A stretch of 64,000 nt of DNA from Mustelus asterias (taxonomy: Eukaryota), in assembly GCF_964213995.1 (NCBI RefSeq), contig NW_027590119.1, forward strand, positions 2,232,001-2,296,000, read 5' to 3'. The notes under the pieces are model-generated. The model was not told where the DNA came from and ran no database searches. It saw nothing but the letters and a program-made list of their open reading frames with translations. Numbering within the stretch: position 1 is the stretch's first letter; each line of letters starts with the position of its first letter. Of this stretch, positions 14,235-27,344 are shown piece by piece. A program made the translations under genes and the position numbers.

Positions 14235-16255
14235 GCACAGCATAAAGGTCAAGCACAGCATTAAAGCAAAAGTTAAAGCATACAAAGCGGCAAAGATTTG
14301 TGGGAAGCCAGAGGATTGGGACGTATTTAAAAGCGAGCAGAGGACAACTAAAAAAGCAATAAGGGGAGGAGAAGATGAAATATGAGTGTAAGCTAGCTAG
14401 TAATATAAAATAAGACAGGGAGAGTACTTTTCAATATAAAAAAAGGTAAGAAAGACGCAAGAATTGACATTGGACCACTGGAAAATTAGACTGGAGAAGC
14501 AATAATAGGAAACAAAGCAATGGCAGAGGACCTGAATAGTTACTTTATATCAGTCTTCACGGTGGAAAACACCAGTGGAATGCCAGAGCTCCAGGAGATT
14601 CTGGGGGCACAGGTGGCTGTAGTGGCCATCACTAAGGAGAAGGTTCTGGGGAAATTGAAAGGTCTGAAGGTGGATAAATCACCTGGACCGGAAGGGCTAC
14701 ACTGCAGGGTTCTAAAAGAGATAACTGAGGAAATTGTGGAAGCATTGGTGGTGGTCTTTCAGAAATCACTGGAGGCAGGGAATGTACCAGAGGACTGGAA
14801 AGTAGCGAATGCAACACCACTGTTTCAGATGGTTTAAGGGAGGCAGCAGACGCGAAATTATAGGTTGGTTAGCCTGGCTTCGTTCAGAGGCAAGACTTTA
14901 AATTCCATTATTAAAGATGAGACCGCAGAGTACATGGAAGTGCATGATAAAGTAGGCCTGAGTCCAGTACAGTTTTGTGAAGGGGAGGTAACATCTGACA
15001 AATCTGTTAGAGTTATTTGAGGAGGTAGCAAGGAAGTTAGGTAAAGGAGAGCCAGTGGACATGATTTATTTAGATTTCCAGAAGGCCTTTGACAAGGTGC
15101 CGAAAAAGAGACTGTTAAATAAGTTCAGTGCACATGGTGTTAAGGGTAAGGTCCTGTCATGGATAGAGGATTGGTTGATTAGCAGAAGGCAGAGAGTGGG
15201 AATAAAGGGGTCTTTCTCAGGATGGCAGCCGGTGACTAGTGGTGTGCCTCAGGAATCAGTATTGGGAACACAACTTTTCACAGTATGCATTAACGATTTG
15301 GAGGAAGGAACTGAAGGCACTGTTGCTCAGGTTGCAGATTATACAAAGATATGTAGAGGGACAGGTAGCATTGAGGAAACAGGGGGGCTGCAGAAGGGCT
15401 TGGACAGGTTAGCAGAGTCGGCAAAGATGTGGCAGCTGGAATACAATTTGGAAAAGTGTGAGGTTATGCTCTTGGAAGGAGGAATGGAGGCATAGACTAT
15501 TTTCTAAATGGGAAAATGCTGAGGAAATCAAAAATACGAAGGGACTTGGGAGTCATTGTTCAAGATTCTCTTAAGGTTAAAGTGCAGGTTCAGGAAGGCA
15601 AATGCAATGTTAGCATTCATGTCGAGAGGGCGAGAATACAAGAGCAGGGATGTACTTCTGAGGCTGTACAAGGCTCTGGTCAGACCCAATTGGAGTATTG
15701 TGAGCAGTTTTGGGCCCCATATCTAAGGAAGGATGTGCTGGCCATGGAAAGGGTCCAGTGGAGTTTCACAAGAATGATTCCTGGAATGAAGAGCTTGCTG
15801 TATGAGGAACGGTTGAGTCCTCTGGATCTGTACTCGTTGGAGTTTTGAAAGATGAGGGGAGATCTTATTGAATCTTTCAGGATACTGCGAGGCCTGGATG
15901 GAGTGGGCATGGAGAGGATGTTTCCACTCGTAGGAAAAACTAGAACCAGAGGGCACAACCTCAGACTAAAGGGACGATCGTTTAAAACAGAGCTGAGGAT
16001 GAATTTCTTCAGCCAGAGTGTGGTGGACCTGTGGATCTCTTGCCGTAGAAGGTTGGAGGCCAGGTCATTGGGTGTTTTTAAGACAGAGATAGATGGGTTT
16101 GTGATTAATAAGAGGATCAGTGGTTATGGGGAAAAGGCAAGAGAATATGGATGAGAAAAATATCAGCCATCATTGAATGGCGGGAGCAGACTCGATGGAC
16201 CAAGTGGCCTCATTCTGCTCCTATTTCTTATGTCTTATGGACTTATGGTCTTATA
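14235..16255 (+). mobile_element. CR1 LINE ORF2 RT region and 3' end, multiply frameshifted
   Basis: KSPGPEGLH, VPEDWKVAN, YLDFQKAFDKVP, SGVPQESVLG, VADYTKI, LEYCEQFWAPY; (cttatg)n tail. Confidence 0.92.
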
Positions 16256-18070
16256 TACTGACACACTTGGAATAAAGGACCTGCTTCGATTTTTGAAGTA
16301 ATAAATCACAAATATGCGAATGTAGAACAGCAAATTTTAGGACCAGCTATCGTCCCATCCATCCGTCCACTCTCTGATTTCTCAAGCAAAACATTCAGGC
16401 ATCCAACTATTGTTCATCCCTGCATCAACGCAAGTATTCCTTTATTGCTGGGTAGATGGTGGCGTAATATTAATGCCAGTGTACCAGTAATCCAGAAGCC
16501 CAGGCCAATGATGTGGAGACACGAGATTAAATCCGACCGTGGCAGCTGGTGGAATTTGAATTCAATCAATAAATCTGGAATACATACTGACAGCGACCAG
16601 ATAAACCTCTCTGATTCCCCAGTGAAGGAAATCTGCCATCCCTACCTGGTCTCATCAGGATGTGACTGCAGACGGACAGCAATATAATTAACTGGGCAAT
16701 GCCTTCTGAGATGCCCTAGCTTAACACTCAGTTCAAGAGAAATTAGGCAAAGGGAATAAATGTTGGCCTTTCCAGAGATTCTCACGTCCCATGGAAGAAT
16801 GAAGTGAAAGAAAACACAAGCATACATGTTTATCTAGTATAAAATATATCACCTCTTTGAATCAACTCTCATAATCTGCCGGTATTTTTTTTAATATCCA
16901 TCCATCAATGTTTTGTTGTGTTGGAGAGACCATCATTGTTGCTAACAAGGTGCCGGAGAAGCTGAATACTTTCTTTTCAGAAGAAATGGGAAACATTCAA
17001 AGATGTTTGCAACTTAAAAATAATTAAATTGCCTCCAGTACTGTTGCTGGGTAGATTTGTTTATAAATGGGCCCTATTGACAATGCTGAGAGTTTGAAGT
17101 TGGCTTGCAGCCAAGTGTTCAGTACTGAGGAAACAGGTTTTTGATTTACTGAACAAACACCCTCAGATGCTTCCTGTAAATATTTTTGGGTATTTGGCAG
17201 CAGGCTGGACAGTTGCCAAATACTGCGTAGGACCGATTAACGTGAATCTGTAAGGATAACATGGGACTTCGTCAGTTATACAATAAATGTTTTATTCCCA
17301 AAAGGAAGGCACATTTTAAATGGTTTTTCTTCGAAGCAAATATTTTAAATGAATGCACTTTTCATGATGTGATTAAAAAGTATCAGAAACTAGTCAATTG
17401 ACTTGATGCTATTTCATTTGCATCGCTTCCAAAGAAATGTTCTTCCAACAATTAAAGCCTCTTTATGAACAACTTATGCTGATGTCCCCAATCCCTCAGT
17501 CCCATGAGATCAGTGAAAAGGCACAAAAATGAAAATAATTAAAAGTAAAACAAAATCATATATCTGCCTTGAACAGCAGGGATTTCTGGAATATTCTCAA
17601 TGTTCTGCTCCTCATTAAAAACTTATATCTGATGTATAACATGTTCTGTTGTCCAGCATAATCTGATTTCAATTTTTTAACAGTCCCTCTCATAACTGCC
17701 AATGAGTGAAGAAATGACCAGTTCATAACCTGGTTCAGTGAAAGATAAAATATTTATTCTTGTGATATTGTGCATTATGCCGCAAAGTCCTGATATCTTA
17801 TGTTCCCAATACCAGCTGCTCGCCAATACAATGATCTGTCATGATTTGGATGCTGAAGGAGAACTTTCCTGATTGCCGTGTCCGTTCTAATTCATTAGCT
17901 TCTTTGTCAAAAGTCAATGTCAATTTTATGTTTCTCTGTCAACTCAATGTTTAATTGTAAGTCAAGAAGTTTTCTTTCACCGTTAATTTTCACAGGGTTA
18001 AGGAGCTGTTGGGGAAATATATGGTGTAACATTGTATCAGATAAGGAGTTTATTTTGTTAATTTATTCAT

Positions 18071-18350
18071 GGGCGGCACGGTGGCATAGTGGTTACCATT
18101 GCTGCTTCACAGCATCAGGGACCGTGGTTCAATTCCCGGAATGGGTCACTGTCTGTGTGTAGTCTGCACATTCTCCAATTGTCTGCCTGTTTATTCCCAT
18201 TGTCCAAAGATATGCCGATTAGGTTGATTGGCGATGATGAATTGTCCCATAGAATCAAGTGAATTAGCAGGGATGGGAACAGGGCCTGGCTAGGAGCGTT
18301 GTCGGTGTGGGCCCGATATGCTCCTAATGCACTGCAGGGATTCTATGGAT
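18071..18350 (+). mobile_element. HE1/V-SINE-like SINE
   Basis: gggcggcacggtggcatagtggtta...ggttcaattccc...gggtcactgtctgtgtg head. Confidence 0.75.
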
Positions 18351-19431
18351 ATGGGTGCCACTGGCTGATCAATATTTATTGCCCACTCATTGTCGAGGGC
18401 AGTTGAGAGCTAAACACATTGCTGTGGCTCTGTAATCACATGTCGGCCAGATGAGGTAAGGACGGCATATTTCCTGCTTGAAAGGACATTAATGAACCAG
18501 ATAGGTTTTTACACATTCGACAATGATATCATGGTCATAAGTAGATTCTTAATTCCAGACGTTTTTACTGAATTTAAATTCCACCATCTGCCGTTCGGGA
18601 TTCGAAGCCGGGTCCTGAGAACATTAGTTGAGTTTGTGGATTAATTGTCTAGCGATAATAACGCGAGGCCACTGCTTCCCTTCTTCTTATATCCAGTCCC
18701 AAATTACAATAATAGCTATCGACACCTGAAACACAATCATCCCAGCATTAAGTTACATAAATCGATAATAATTCTTCTAATGAATTATATTTCGCTGTAA
18801 AGTGTTAGAGACACAGAATTATTGCAAATCAGACTGACATCTTTACCCTGATAAGGTAATGTCATCTGTGTATGTCCATTCCCTTGTGAAGGGGTGACGA
18901 AATAAAGGCACTTAATTTACAATGAAATTGTTTCTTTTCTCTAACAGATGCTCAAATGCAATTTCACTCTTGGACGAGCAGAGACATGACAATGGATTTC
19001 ACTGTTACTCCCTCGGTGTTAGTCTGTCTCTGGAATGTTCCATTGCCAGCAATCAATTCACCAGGAATAATCCTTGGTGTTTTTGATATATTTCATTTGA
19101 TTTCATTTGACTTATTATTATCGCACATATTAGTGCACAGTGCAAATTATTGTTTCTTGCTCACGATACAGTCAGAGCATAACGTATATAGGGAAGGAAG
19201 GGAGAGAGTGAATAATGTAATTTTGCAGTCATAGGTGGGGTGTAGCGAAAGATGAACTTAATGCGACGTAGGTCCATTCAAACGTCCGATTGCAGCAGGA
19301 GAGAAATTGTCTTTGAGTCGGTTTATACGTGTCCTCAGACTTTTGTATCTTGTTCCCGATGGAAAAAGGTGAGCGAGTATGTCCGGAGTGCGTGGCGTTT
19401 TATTTTCATAGGATTTTAGATATTTTTACAA

Positions 19432-19955
19432 GTGTCGAATCGGAGGTTGTGTTGACTCAGCGAGAGGCAGAAACTGGGCGTCCCTGAAACTCTTTGAGAC
19501 TGACATGCAAAGCCAACGCGTTCAATGTTGGCAGTAACTGAATGGTCTGGGTCCGACAGGTCCCTGAACAGTGTTTACAGTGTCTTCCTCAGCACGATAG
19601 TCTTGGGTCAGCCTGCAATTCCTCCGCCCCAGGATTCAGAATCAATTTACTCCACCCGAAGACACTTCAAACAAAGTAAAGAGAAAATGCTGGAAAATCT
19701 CAGCAAGTCTGGCAGCACCTGTAAGGAGAGAGAAGAGCTTACTTTTCGATTAAAGATGACCCTTTGTCAAAACTTTGTCAAAAGGTCATCTGGATTCGAT
19801 ATGTCAGCTATTTTCTCTCCTCACAGATATTGCCAGGCCTGCTGAGATTTTCCAACATTTTCTCTTTTGGTTTCAATTCCAGAATCCGCAGTAATTTGCT
19901 TTTATACTTCAAACGAAATCGTCTCTTTGGAAATAACTGAAAACCGAAGATTCCT
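19432..19955 (+). pseudogene. IGHV: IGHV pseudogene (no leader, no RSS, stops, frameshift, insertion)
   Basis: Translates [44 protein letters not shown]..., homologous to 31084-31380. Acceptor AG is changed to AA (ttttacaa|gtgtc). FR3 is interrupted at 19673-19905. Homology stops after aaccgaaga, before YYC and the heptamer. Confidence 0.92.
19673..19905. mobile_element. Hairpin (inverted-repeat) insertion, Penelope-terminal-repeat-like, with 9-bp target-site duplication
   Basis: Arms gagaaaatgctggaaaatctcagcaagtctggca... / ...tgccaggcctgctgagattttccaacattttctc. TSD acttcaaac at 19664-19672 and 19906-19914. Confidence 0.85.
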
Positions 19956-20651
19956 ATCTTTACCCTGTCTGTTCTGCATAGACTCCAATTCCACTCTGAT
20001 GAAAATGACTCTTAGCCACTACTGAAATTGCCGGGCAGGCCATCCAGTTGTATCAAAGCTGCTATGGAAAAACAAATAATAAAATCATCCAGAGGGCAGG
20101 TTTCAACAAGCTGGTTCACAACCGCCTTCTCAGCAGGGACAACTAAATGTTGGCTTTGTCAGTGATGCTCACATCCAGAGGATCAATAACAACAGTGTAA
20201 AGTGCTGCCGACTCTGGAAATCTAAAACTAAAGTAACACAAATGCTACTGAGCAGGTCAGTGTGCATCAGCAGAGAGAGAACCAGATTCACATTTAAAAT
20301 CGATGCCAGGATGCAAAATCTCATTGATATAATTCTAAAGAGCAAGGCTGTTCTCCCCAATATCCTACCTTAATACTGATTCTTCAAACAAAATCACAAA
20401 TTTACTGGCAATTTATCACATCTCGGTTTGTGGGAGTTTGTTGTACGTACATTACCTGTTGTATTTGCAACATGATAGCAGTGACTAAATTCAGCAAAGG
20501 TACATCAGTGAGTTTTAAGAACTTTGGGACTACATGAGGTCGGGTAAAGGGTTCTATAAATGTAAGCTCTACCAAAATGAAAGTTGTAATACGTTGGAAG
20601 TGCTGAGAGACTAATGCGAATATATTCATTCCTCTGCTGATCATAGCAGCA

Positions 20652-21140
20652 TAGAATCATAGAATCCAGTGCAGTGCAGTAGGAGGCCATTCGGTCCATC
20701 AAGTCTGCAGCTGCTCTCCAGCAGAGCATCCTATCCAGGCCCAGCTTTCACCCTATCCCGACAACCTCACATATTCAGAGGCTAATGTCTCTAACCTACA
20801 CATCGTTGCACACTAAGGGGCAATTTAGAATCGCCAATCCACCTTGGGCCTGGGAATGATGCCCTGCTGGACAGCTGGTTCAGACTTGATGAAGCGATGG
20901 TCTCCTTCTGCACTGTAGGGATTCTGTGATTCTACGTTGCTCATCCTTGGACACAAAGGAGCAATTTATCATACCAATCCACCTAACCCGTACATCCTTG
21001 GACTGTGGAAGGAAACCGGAGCACCGGAGGAAACTCACATGGACATGGTAGAATGTGAAAAACCACACATAGTCACCCAAGGTTGGAATCGAACCCGCTT
21101 CCCTGTCACTGTGAGGCAGCAATGCTACTTGTATCACTTA
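20652..21140 (-). mobile_element. HE1-like SINE pieces (copy B-specific, rearranged)
   Basis: atagaatcatagaatcc tail and ggaaaccggagcaccggaggaaac...ctgtgaggcagc core; short opposite-strand tail at ~20880-20935. Confidence 0.7.
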
Positions 21141-24100
21141 GTGATAACCACACTGGATTTTTTATTCTTCCCTCGTGTGAGTCTGATCACTAATTATGAC
21201 AGGAATATTTCACACATCAGTTCTCTTTGTTTTAACTTGTCTAGTTGAAGCAATTTAGATCATCAATCAAATTAACATTCAATGGAATACCAGCCTGTTC
21301 ACAGATACTTTATTTATTGTGACATCAGAATTTTCAGAACAAATTATTAAATAGAATGTATTTATTCATTTAATTAAATCGCATCTGGTGTAATGTATGT
21401 TAAAAAGGTTTCTATTCATTTTGAACCAACTGTTAATATTCTTAAAATAACCGCTATTTTGAGTTGAAACGAATGAATAAGTGACGGTTTATCTGTTTTT
21501 GCTGCCATGAACATTTCATTGTAAACAGTGACGTGCTTATGTAAATAAACACAGAAATAGAAATCCCAGATTAGATTGTTGACTGACGAAAACACAACAA
21601 ATATTTCCCCACCAACACAGCACAGAAATAGAGACAAACATGCAAATTGATCAACGGATTCCAGAAATGATTGTTTTTATACATTAGTTATTCATCAATT
21701 ATATGAAGAAAAAAAATCATGACAATATCTATGTTCAGAATTAGCAAAGAATCCCTTTGATCCCGAAATGTGATAACACGGCAAATGTGTTCGTGGAAAT
21801 TCCCTGTGTTTCATCTCTCTCTCTCTGTCTTTCTCCTCCTGGTTCTGTGTCTTGTCTCTTCACGATAGGTCATCGTCTTCCCTCCACAATCTGAATTCAA
21901 TGTTGCCCAATGTATTCTCTCAGCCGGAGTTGTAAGGAATGCAACGCAATGAATTGGAATCCATGAGGGAGATTTACTCTAAAAGATCTCTTGAGCATCT
22001 ATGATTTTGGGATATTTTATACATTTTCCTCTGTATCTAACCTGTATTGTACCTCGTAACAAGGATTCGATGTGGCAGTACCAAAGAGATTTTCCCTGTA
22101 TTTATCCCTGCCCTTGGACTGTTTGACTGGACAGTGTAGAGGAATATTTAACCTGCATCTAAACTCACGTACCTTCCCTTTGAATATTTGATATTACTTG
22201 TAAAGGGAGATTTAATCCGGATCTAATCTCTGCTGTACCTGACCTGGGTGTATTTTATGGGACTGTGTCGAGGGATCTTCCCCCTCTACCGAACACCAAT
22301 TCAAACTTGCCTCCCGATTCTCTGAAGGAAAAATGCAGAAGTGGTTTTACCTAGAAGACAGTCCCTGGTCTCTCTGCCTTCATTGTGTTTGAGCAGACTT
22401 TGTAGAGGGAGTTTCACTCTGTTTCTAGACAGTCTCCCTTTTCCAGGGATGTTTTATTTTGATAGGGAGAGGGAGGTTCACTTTGTATCTAAATCATGCT
22501 ATTCCTGACTTGGGAGTGTTAAATTTGGCAATGCATGGGGGAACTTTACTGTTAACCCCATATTACTCCTGTCCTGTGATTGTTTGATGGGGCAGTAGGC
22601 CGTCTCTCCAAATTTCATGGAGATTGAACCAGTCTCTTTATTAGACAGTCAGTTTACCCCGTGTCAGCTTCTATTATATAAGGTCATGCCTCGGTTTATG
22701 TTGCACTCGACCCTATCTCTTCACATATTAAACGAGATGCTTTCTCTGATTATACTAAATTAGACCTTGTCCCTGTTTATATTATGCATCAACATGTTTC
22801 GGTTTATATCAAACTAGACGCTGTATCGGTTTGTATTAATTTAGACCTGTCTGTTTGTATTAAACTAGATGGAGTCTTATTTCTGCACTTGACCCTATCC
22901 ACGTTTATATTGCATTGGACGTGGTCTCAGTTCTTACTGCACTGGACAATGCCAGTAATGAGGAAAGTGTTTAGGGGGACACAATTCTCTGCATCCTCTT
23001 AAACAAGGAAAAGAAGCAGTGTTATCTGAAATCTACTTCTGCTGACTGCATTGAAAATGGTTACTAAGACCTGTATAGCATGCACTGTCAACACAGAACG
23101 AAGAACAAGAAAATTACTGCAGAGGAACAGGCCCTTCGGCACTGGAAGCCCGCACCGACCAAATACTGTCGATCCAATACTGCCTGTTTCAGAATCCTGC
23201 CAGAGACCACTGTTTTTCATCCAACATAATATCTCTTCTTCTCGTAGAACCGCGGAGAAATGCAGACATCATTCAAATAGAGGCAACGTTAAGTGCAGGC
23301 ATAATACTAACACAATCTAGTGAAATATGTACAGGGTCAGGATCAAATATTACTGAACCAGAGAGTGTGGCTATAAACTGATTTCTAGTCTAGCAGTGTA
23401 TTAACAGAGACAGACTCTAATTTAACATAAACTGGGTCCTGATCCAGCAAAATAGAAATGGGTTTCTTTCCGAGTGCCATGTGGGGATGGTCAAAGGCCA
23501 AATGCTGATCTTTTCAGTGACACCCACATCCCATGAAACAAACATTACAAATATATATGACAATGTCGAGGAAAATAAAACTGAGACAGTGTCTAGTGCA
23601 GTTTTACTGGACATAGGAGCTTATACATATAAACTGAGACAGAGCCCAGTAATTAATGATACAGGACCTAAATTTCTTTAGAGTGAGACGGAGTCAAGTG
23701 CATTAGTAATAATTACTAATAGATACAGGACAGTGACAGATGTAAACTGAGACAGAGTCCAGTGTATTAGTAATGATTACTGATACAGCACCTAGACTGG
23801 TGTAAACTGAGACAGAGCCCAGTTTATTTGTAATAATTACTGGGACAGGGCCTAGACTGATACACACAGAGATACGGACAATGCAGCAAATAGGAGGTAT
23901 TGCAAAATGCAATTATAGCTGAGACGTGACATAGTCTTAAATAAATAAATGCATGGACTGGTGCAGCATTAACGCAAACAGGATCGAGTTTATCAAAATC
24001 TAATGAACTATTAGCATAATAACTGTGACAGAACCATGTGTCATGCATGAAGCAGTTGCTCCAGTTTAGTATGCAGTGGCAAATGTTCTGAGGCAGTAAG

Positions 24101-24261
24101 AATCGAGACACGGCCTCTTGTCAGATCAGCAGAAGCATGGCTCAGTACAGCCATAACTTAGAAATTATAATATAAACAGGGCCTGTGTCTCATATACGAA
24201 CACCTGATATTGAGCCAAGCGCAGGAAATAGCTTAGACATGGCCTCCTGGAATATGATCCA

Positions 24262-24941
24262 CGTAAGAAGTCTCACAACACCAGGTTAAAGTCCAACACG
24301 TTTATTTGGTAGCAAATACCATAAGCTTTCGGAGCACTGCTCCTTCGTCGGATGGAGTGGAAATGTGCTCTCAAACAGTGCACAGACACAGAAATCACGT
24401 TACAGAATACTAATTAGAATTTGGCTATCAGTTTCTGCGCTGTCGTGTGTCGTGAAGGCCGCCTTGGAGAACGCTTACCTGAAGATCCAAGGCTGAATGC
24501 CCGTGACTGCTGAAGTGCTCCCCCACAGGAAGAAACTGATAGCCAAATTCTGCACACACGAGGACGGCCTAAACCGGGATGTTGGATTTATGTCACACTA
24601 TCAGTAACCCCCATAGCTTGCCTCCTGGGCTTGCAGAATCTCACTAGCTGTTCTGTCTGGAGACAATACACATCTCTTTAACCTGTGTTTAATGCTCCCT
24701 CCACCACATTGCCTGTACCTTTAAGACCTGGCTGGCTTTAGGGATTCGCATTCTAATTAGTATTCTGTAACTTGATTTCTGTGTCTGTGCACTGTTTGAG
24801 AGCAAATTTCCCCTCCATCTGACGAAGGAGCAGTGCTCCGAAAGCTTATGGTATTTTCTACCAAATAAACCTGTTGGACTTTAACCTGGTGTTGTGAGAC
24901 TTCTTACTGTGTTCACCCCAGTCCAACGCCGGCATCTCCAC
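24262..24941 (+). mobile_element. Truncated Penelope-like retroelement: inverted terminal repeats, GIY-YIG C-terminal remnant, 10-bp TSD
   Basis: 24263-24420 is the reverse complement of ~24750-24907. Internally KLIAKFCTHEDGLNRDVGFMSHYQ* on + and PVGEHFSSHGHSALDLQVSVLQGG on -. TSD atatgatcca at 24252-24261 and 24942-24951. Confidence 0.88.
24815..24851 (+). ncRNA. Minimal type I hammerhead ribozyme motif in the Penelope-like terminal repeat
   Basis: CCAU-CUGACGA-A-GGAGC(AGU)GCUCC-GAAA-GC-UU-AUGG. Conserved core CUGANGA/GAAA/UH; stem II GGAGC/GCUCC; stem I CCAU/AUGG; palindromic AGCU stem III. Confidence 0.75.
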
Positions 24942-26583
24942 ATATGATCCAGGCACAGCCTACTGTAATACAGACAGAGGCAGAAGCTAGCTGAATATAG
25001 GTAGAGATATGGTATGTTTAAAATTGTTGTGATTTTGATGTCACTGGGAAAGTCAGCTTTTGTTGCCAAACCATGAATTCCTTTGAGAATGTAGTGGCAA
25101 GCTTTGGGAAGCTGGTGGGTGGGGTGTTCTTCGAGCCAGCTACTTTCTCCAGAATGACATTGAGCTTTTGAGTGGCACACGTCAGGCAAGTAGAGAATAT
25201 TCAATCATCTGTGTCGGCACAGACTTGGTGGGCCGAAGGGCCTGTTCCTGTGCTTTACTGTTCTGTGATATCTGTTCATACTCCTGTCTTTTGCCTTGTA
25301 GATGATGGATAGGAGTTGGGAATTCAGGAGGTGCGTTGTTCACAGCAGAACTCCGAGCGTCTGACCTGCTCCTGTGGCCACATGATTTAAACGTCTGTCT
25401 CCGTTCAGATTTTCACGAATTATAATTCCCAGGATGTTGATAATGGGCGAATTCAGCGATGGGTAATGCCATTTAATGTCATGGGGAGTGGTTTGGAATC
25501 TCCCTCATTGGAGACTGTCATTGCCTGCCACTTGTGGTGCATTAATGTTCCTTGTCATTCATTAGCCAAAGACTAAATGTTTTCGAAGTCTTACTGCATA
25601 TGGACACAGACTGTTTCAGTATCTGAGGAGCCGTGACTGGTGCTGAACTTTGTGCAATCATCAGTGAAAATCCCACTTCTGAACTTTGATAAAGGGTGAA
25701 GTTTGGGGCGAGGTCACTAACCTGAAGAATTCCTGCAGCAATGATTGGCCATCAACAATCCTTTGTGCTCAGTATGACTCAGGCAGTGGACTCTGTTCCC
25801 CCTGATTCCCATTGACTGCAGTTTCGCTCGGGCTCCTTGATGCCTCAAACGGTCAGACGCTGCGTCCATGTCAAGGGCAGGCACTCTCTATTCACCTTTT
25901 TAATTTATTTTTTTAAATCCAAATTTGGACTCTTTCCAAATCATTTCTGGAATCGAGTGCTCCTTGCGGGACCCAAATTGAGCATCTTGGTGTGTGTTGT
26001 GTGAAATACATCGTGTTTGTTACAAATTAATTCCACAATGATCACGTGCATCCTTCCATTTACACTACATGATGGACACACAATAAACACATCCAATTCA
26101 GATGGGCTTCCTTTACATATGTCACCTTTTCTGATGATTGAGGAGGCCAATTTTTGAAAAGTTAGTTCTGCCACAAGTGCTGCCCATTAAGCTACCATTC
26201 GTCATTGTGTGTTGTCGTTTTTGTATCATGATTGGATATTAGGAGCTTTGGTGTAGAACCAGTTATCACCAAAATCCTGTATTCCTTGCCCTGCTGACGG
26301 TGTTGAATGTCTTCGCGAGATTGGCCGAAGTACGTTAAAGATATGGACATATATGGAACATGGAGAAGTTGTTGGCTGGAGTAAATCTTCCAACACAATC
26401 ACTACACTGCACATCAGATATACCCGGTCTGCAAGCAGATGATGTATTTCAAGAGTGACCCCAGCAAAGATCTTTCCCGTGATGTTATGACTGAGATATG
26501 TCTATCGTTGTAACAGTCTCTTCCATCGGTTTAGTTTGCAAAAAGTGTGATAAATTTGAATCATGCATGACTTATGGAATGGT

Positions 26584-26885
26584 GGGTGCCATGGTGGCAC
26601 AGTGGTTAGCTCTGTTGCCTCACAGTGCCAGGGCCACTGGTTTGGTTCCCGGCGTGGGTCAGTGTCTGTGCGGAGTCTGTACATTCTCCCCGTTTATGCG
26701 TGGATTTCTTCTGGGTGGTCCAGTTTCCTGCACAAGTCCGAAAAGGCATGCTGGTAATGTGCGCTGGCCAGGCTAAATTCTCCCTCAGTGTACCCGAACA
26801 GACGGTATAGTGTGGCGACTCGGGGATTTTCACAGTGACTTCAAAGCACTGTTAATGTAAGCCTACTTGTGACATTAATAAATGA
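26584..26885 (+). mobile_element. HE1/V-SINE-like SINE (copy B-specific)
   Basis: ggtggcacagtggttagc head and ccctcagtgtacccgaacag...aagcctacttgtgaca tail. Absent at the homologous site in copy A (~11720). Confidence 0.85.
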
Positions 26886-27344
26886 ACTCAAACCTTAAAT
26901 CTTCCAGCAAATAAGGAGAATGTCATAAATGTTCAGAAAGATAGTAATTATTTTCACTAATGACCGTCCATTCACAGTTTAATAAATGCATTCACCATTC
27001 ATTCACAAAGGTTAATATATTTAAAATTACTTTATGGAAGGTGGGTGACTGTCTAAGCTATAATTTATTTCACATTGCTAAGTGCATTCGGTAAGCTGGT
27101 GGTTTGCCGCCACCTTGAACCGTTGCACAACCTGCAGTGTAGGTACACCCACAGTGCTGTTAGGAAGGGTTCTCCTGGATTCCGACCCAGCGACAGTAAA
27201 GGAGCGGTAATATATGTCCAAGTCAGGTTTATGAGCGTCTGGAGGGAAATATCCAGGCGGGGTAGTCCCAATTCACCAATTAATATCAATTAATACAGAT
27301 AAACAATTATTTCACCAATTATATTCAGCATTTTAATAAATGAA

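Larger units (their letters stand above)
3597..19955 (+). repeat. Segmental duplication copy A (V-upstream block ending in a VH pseudogene)
   Basis: Collinear homology with 19955-31380: 3600~19960, 4290~21230, 6250~23310, 8100~25180, 11160~25995, 12620~27290, 16260~28490, 17700~29940, 18700~30340, 19432~31084. Confidence 0.9.

Noticed and set aside
21960-24110. CRISPR-like array
   Set aside because: Degenerate minisatellites without identical repeats or unique spacers, no cas genes, and a vertebrate context.
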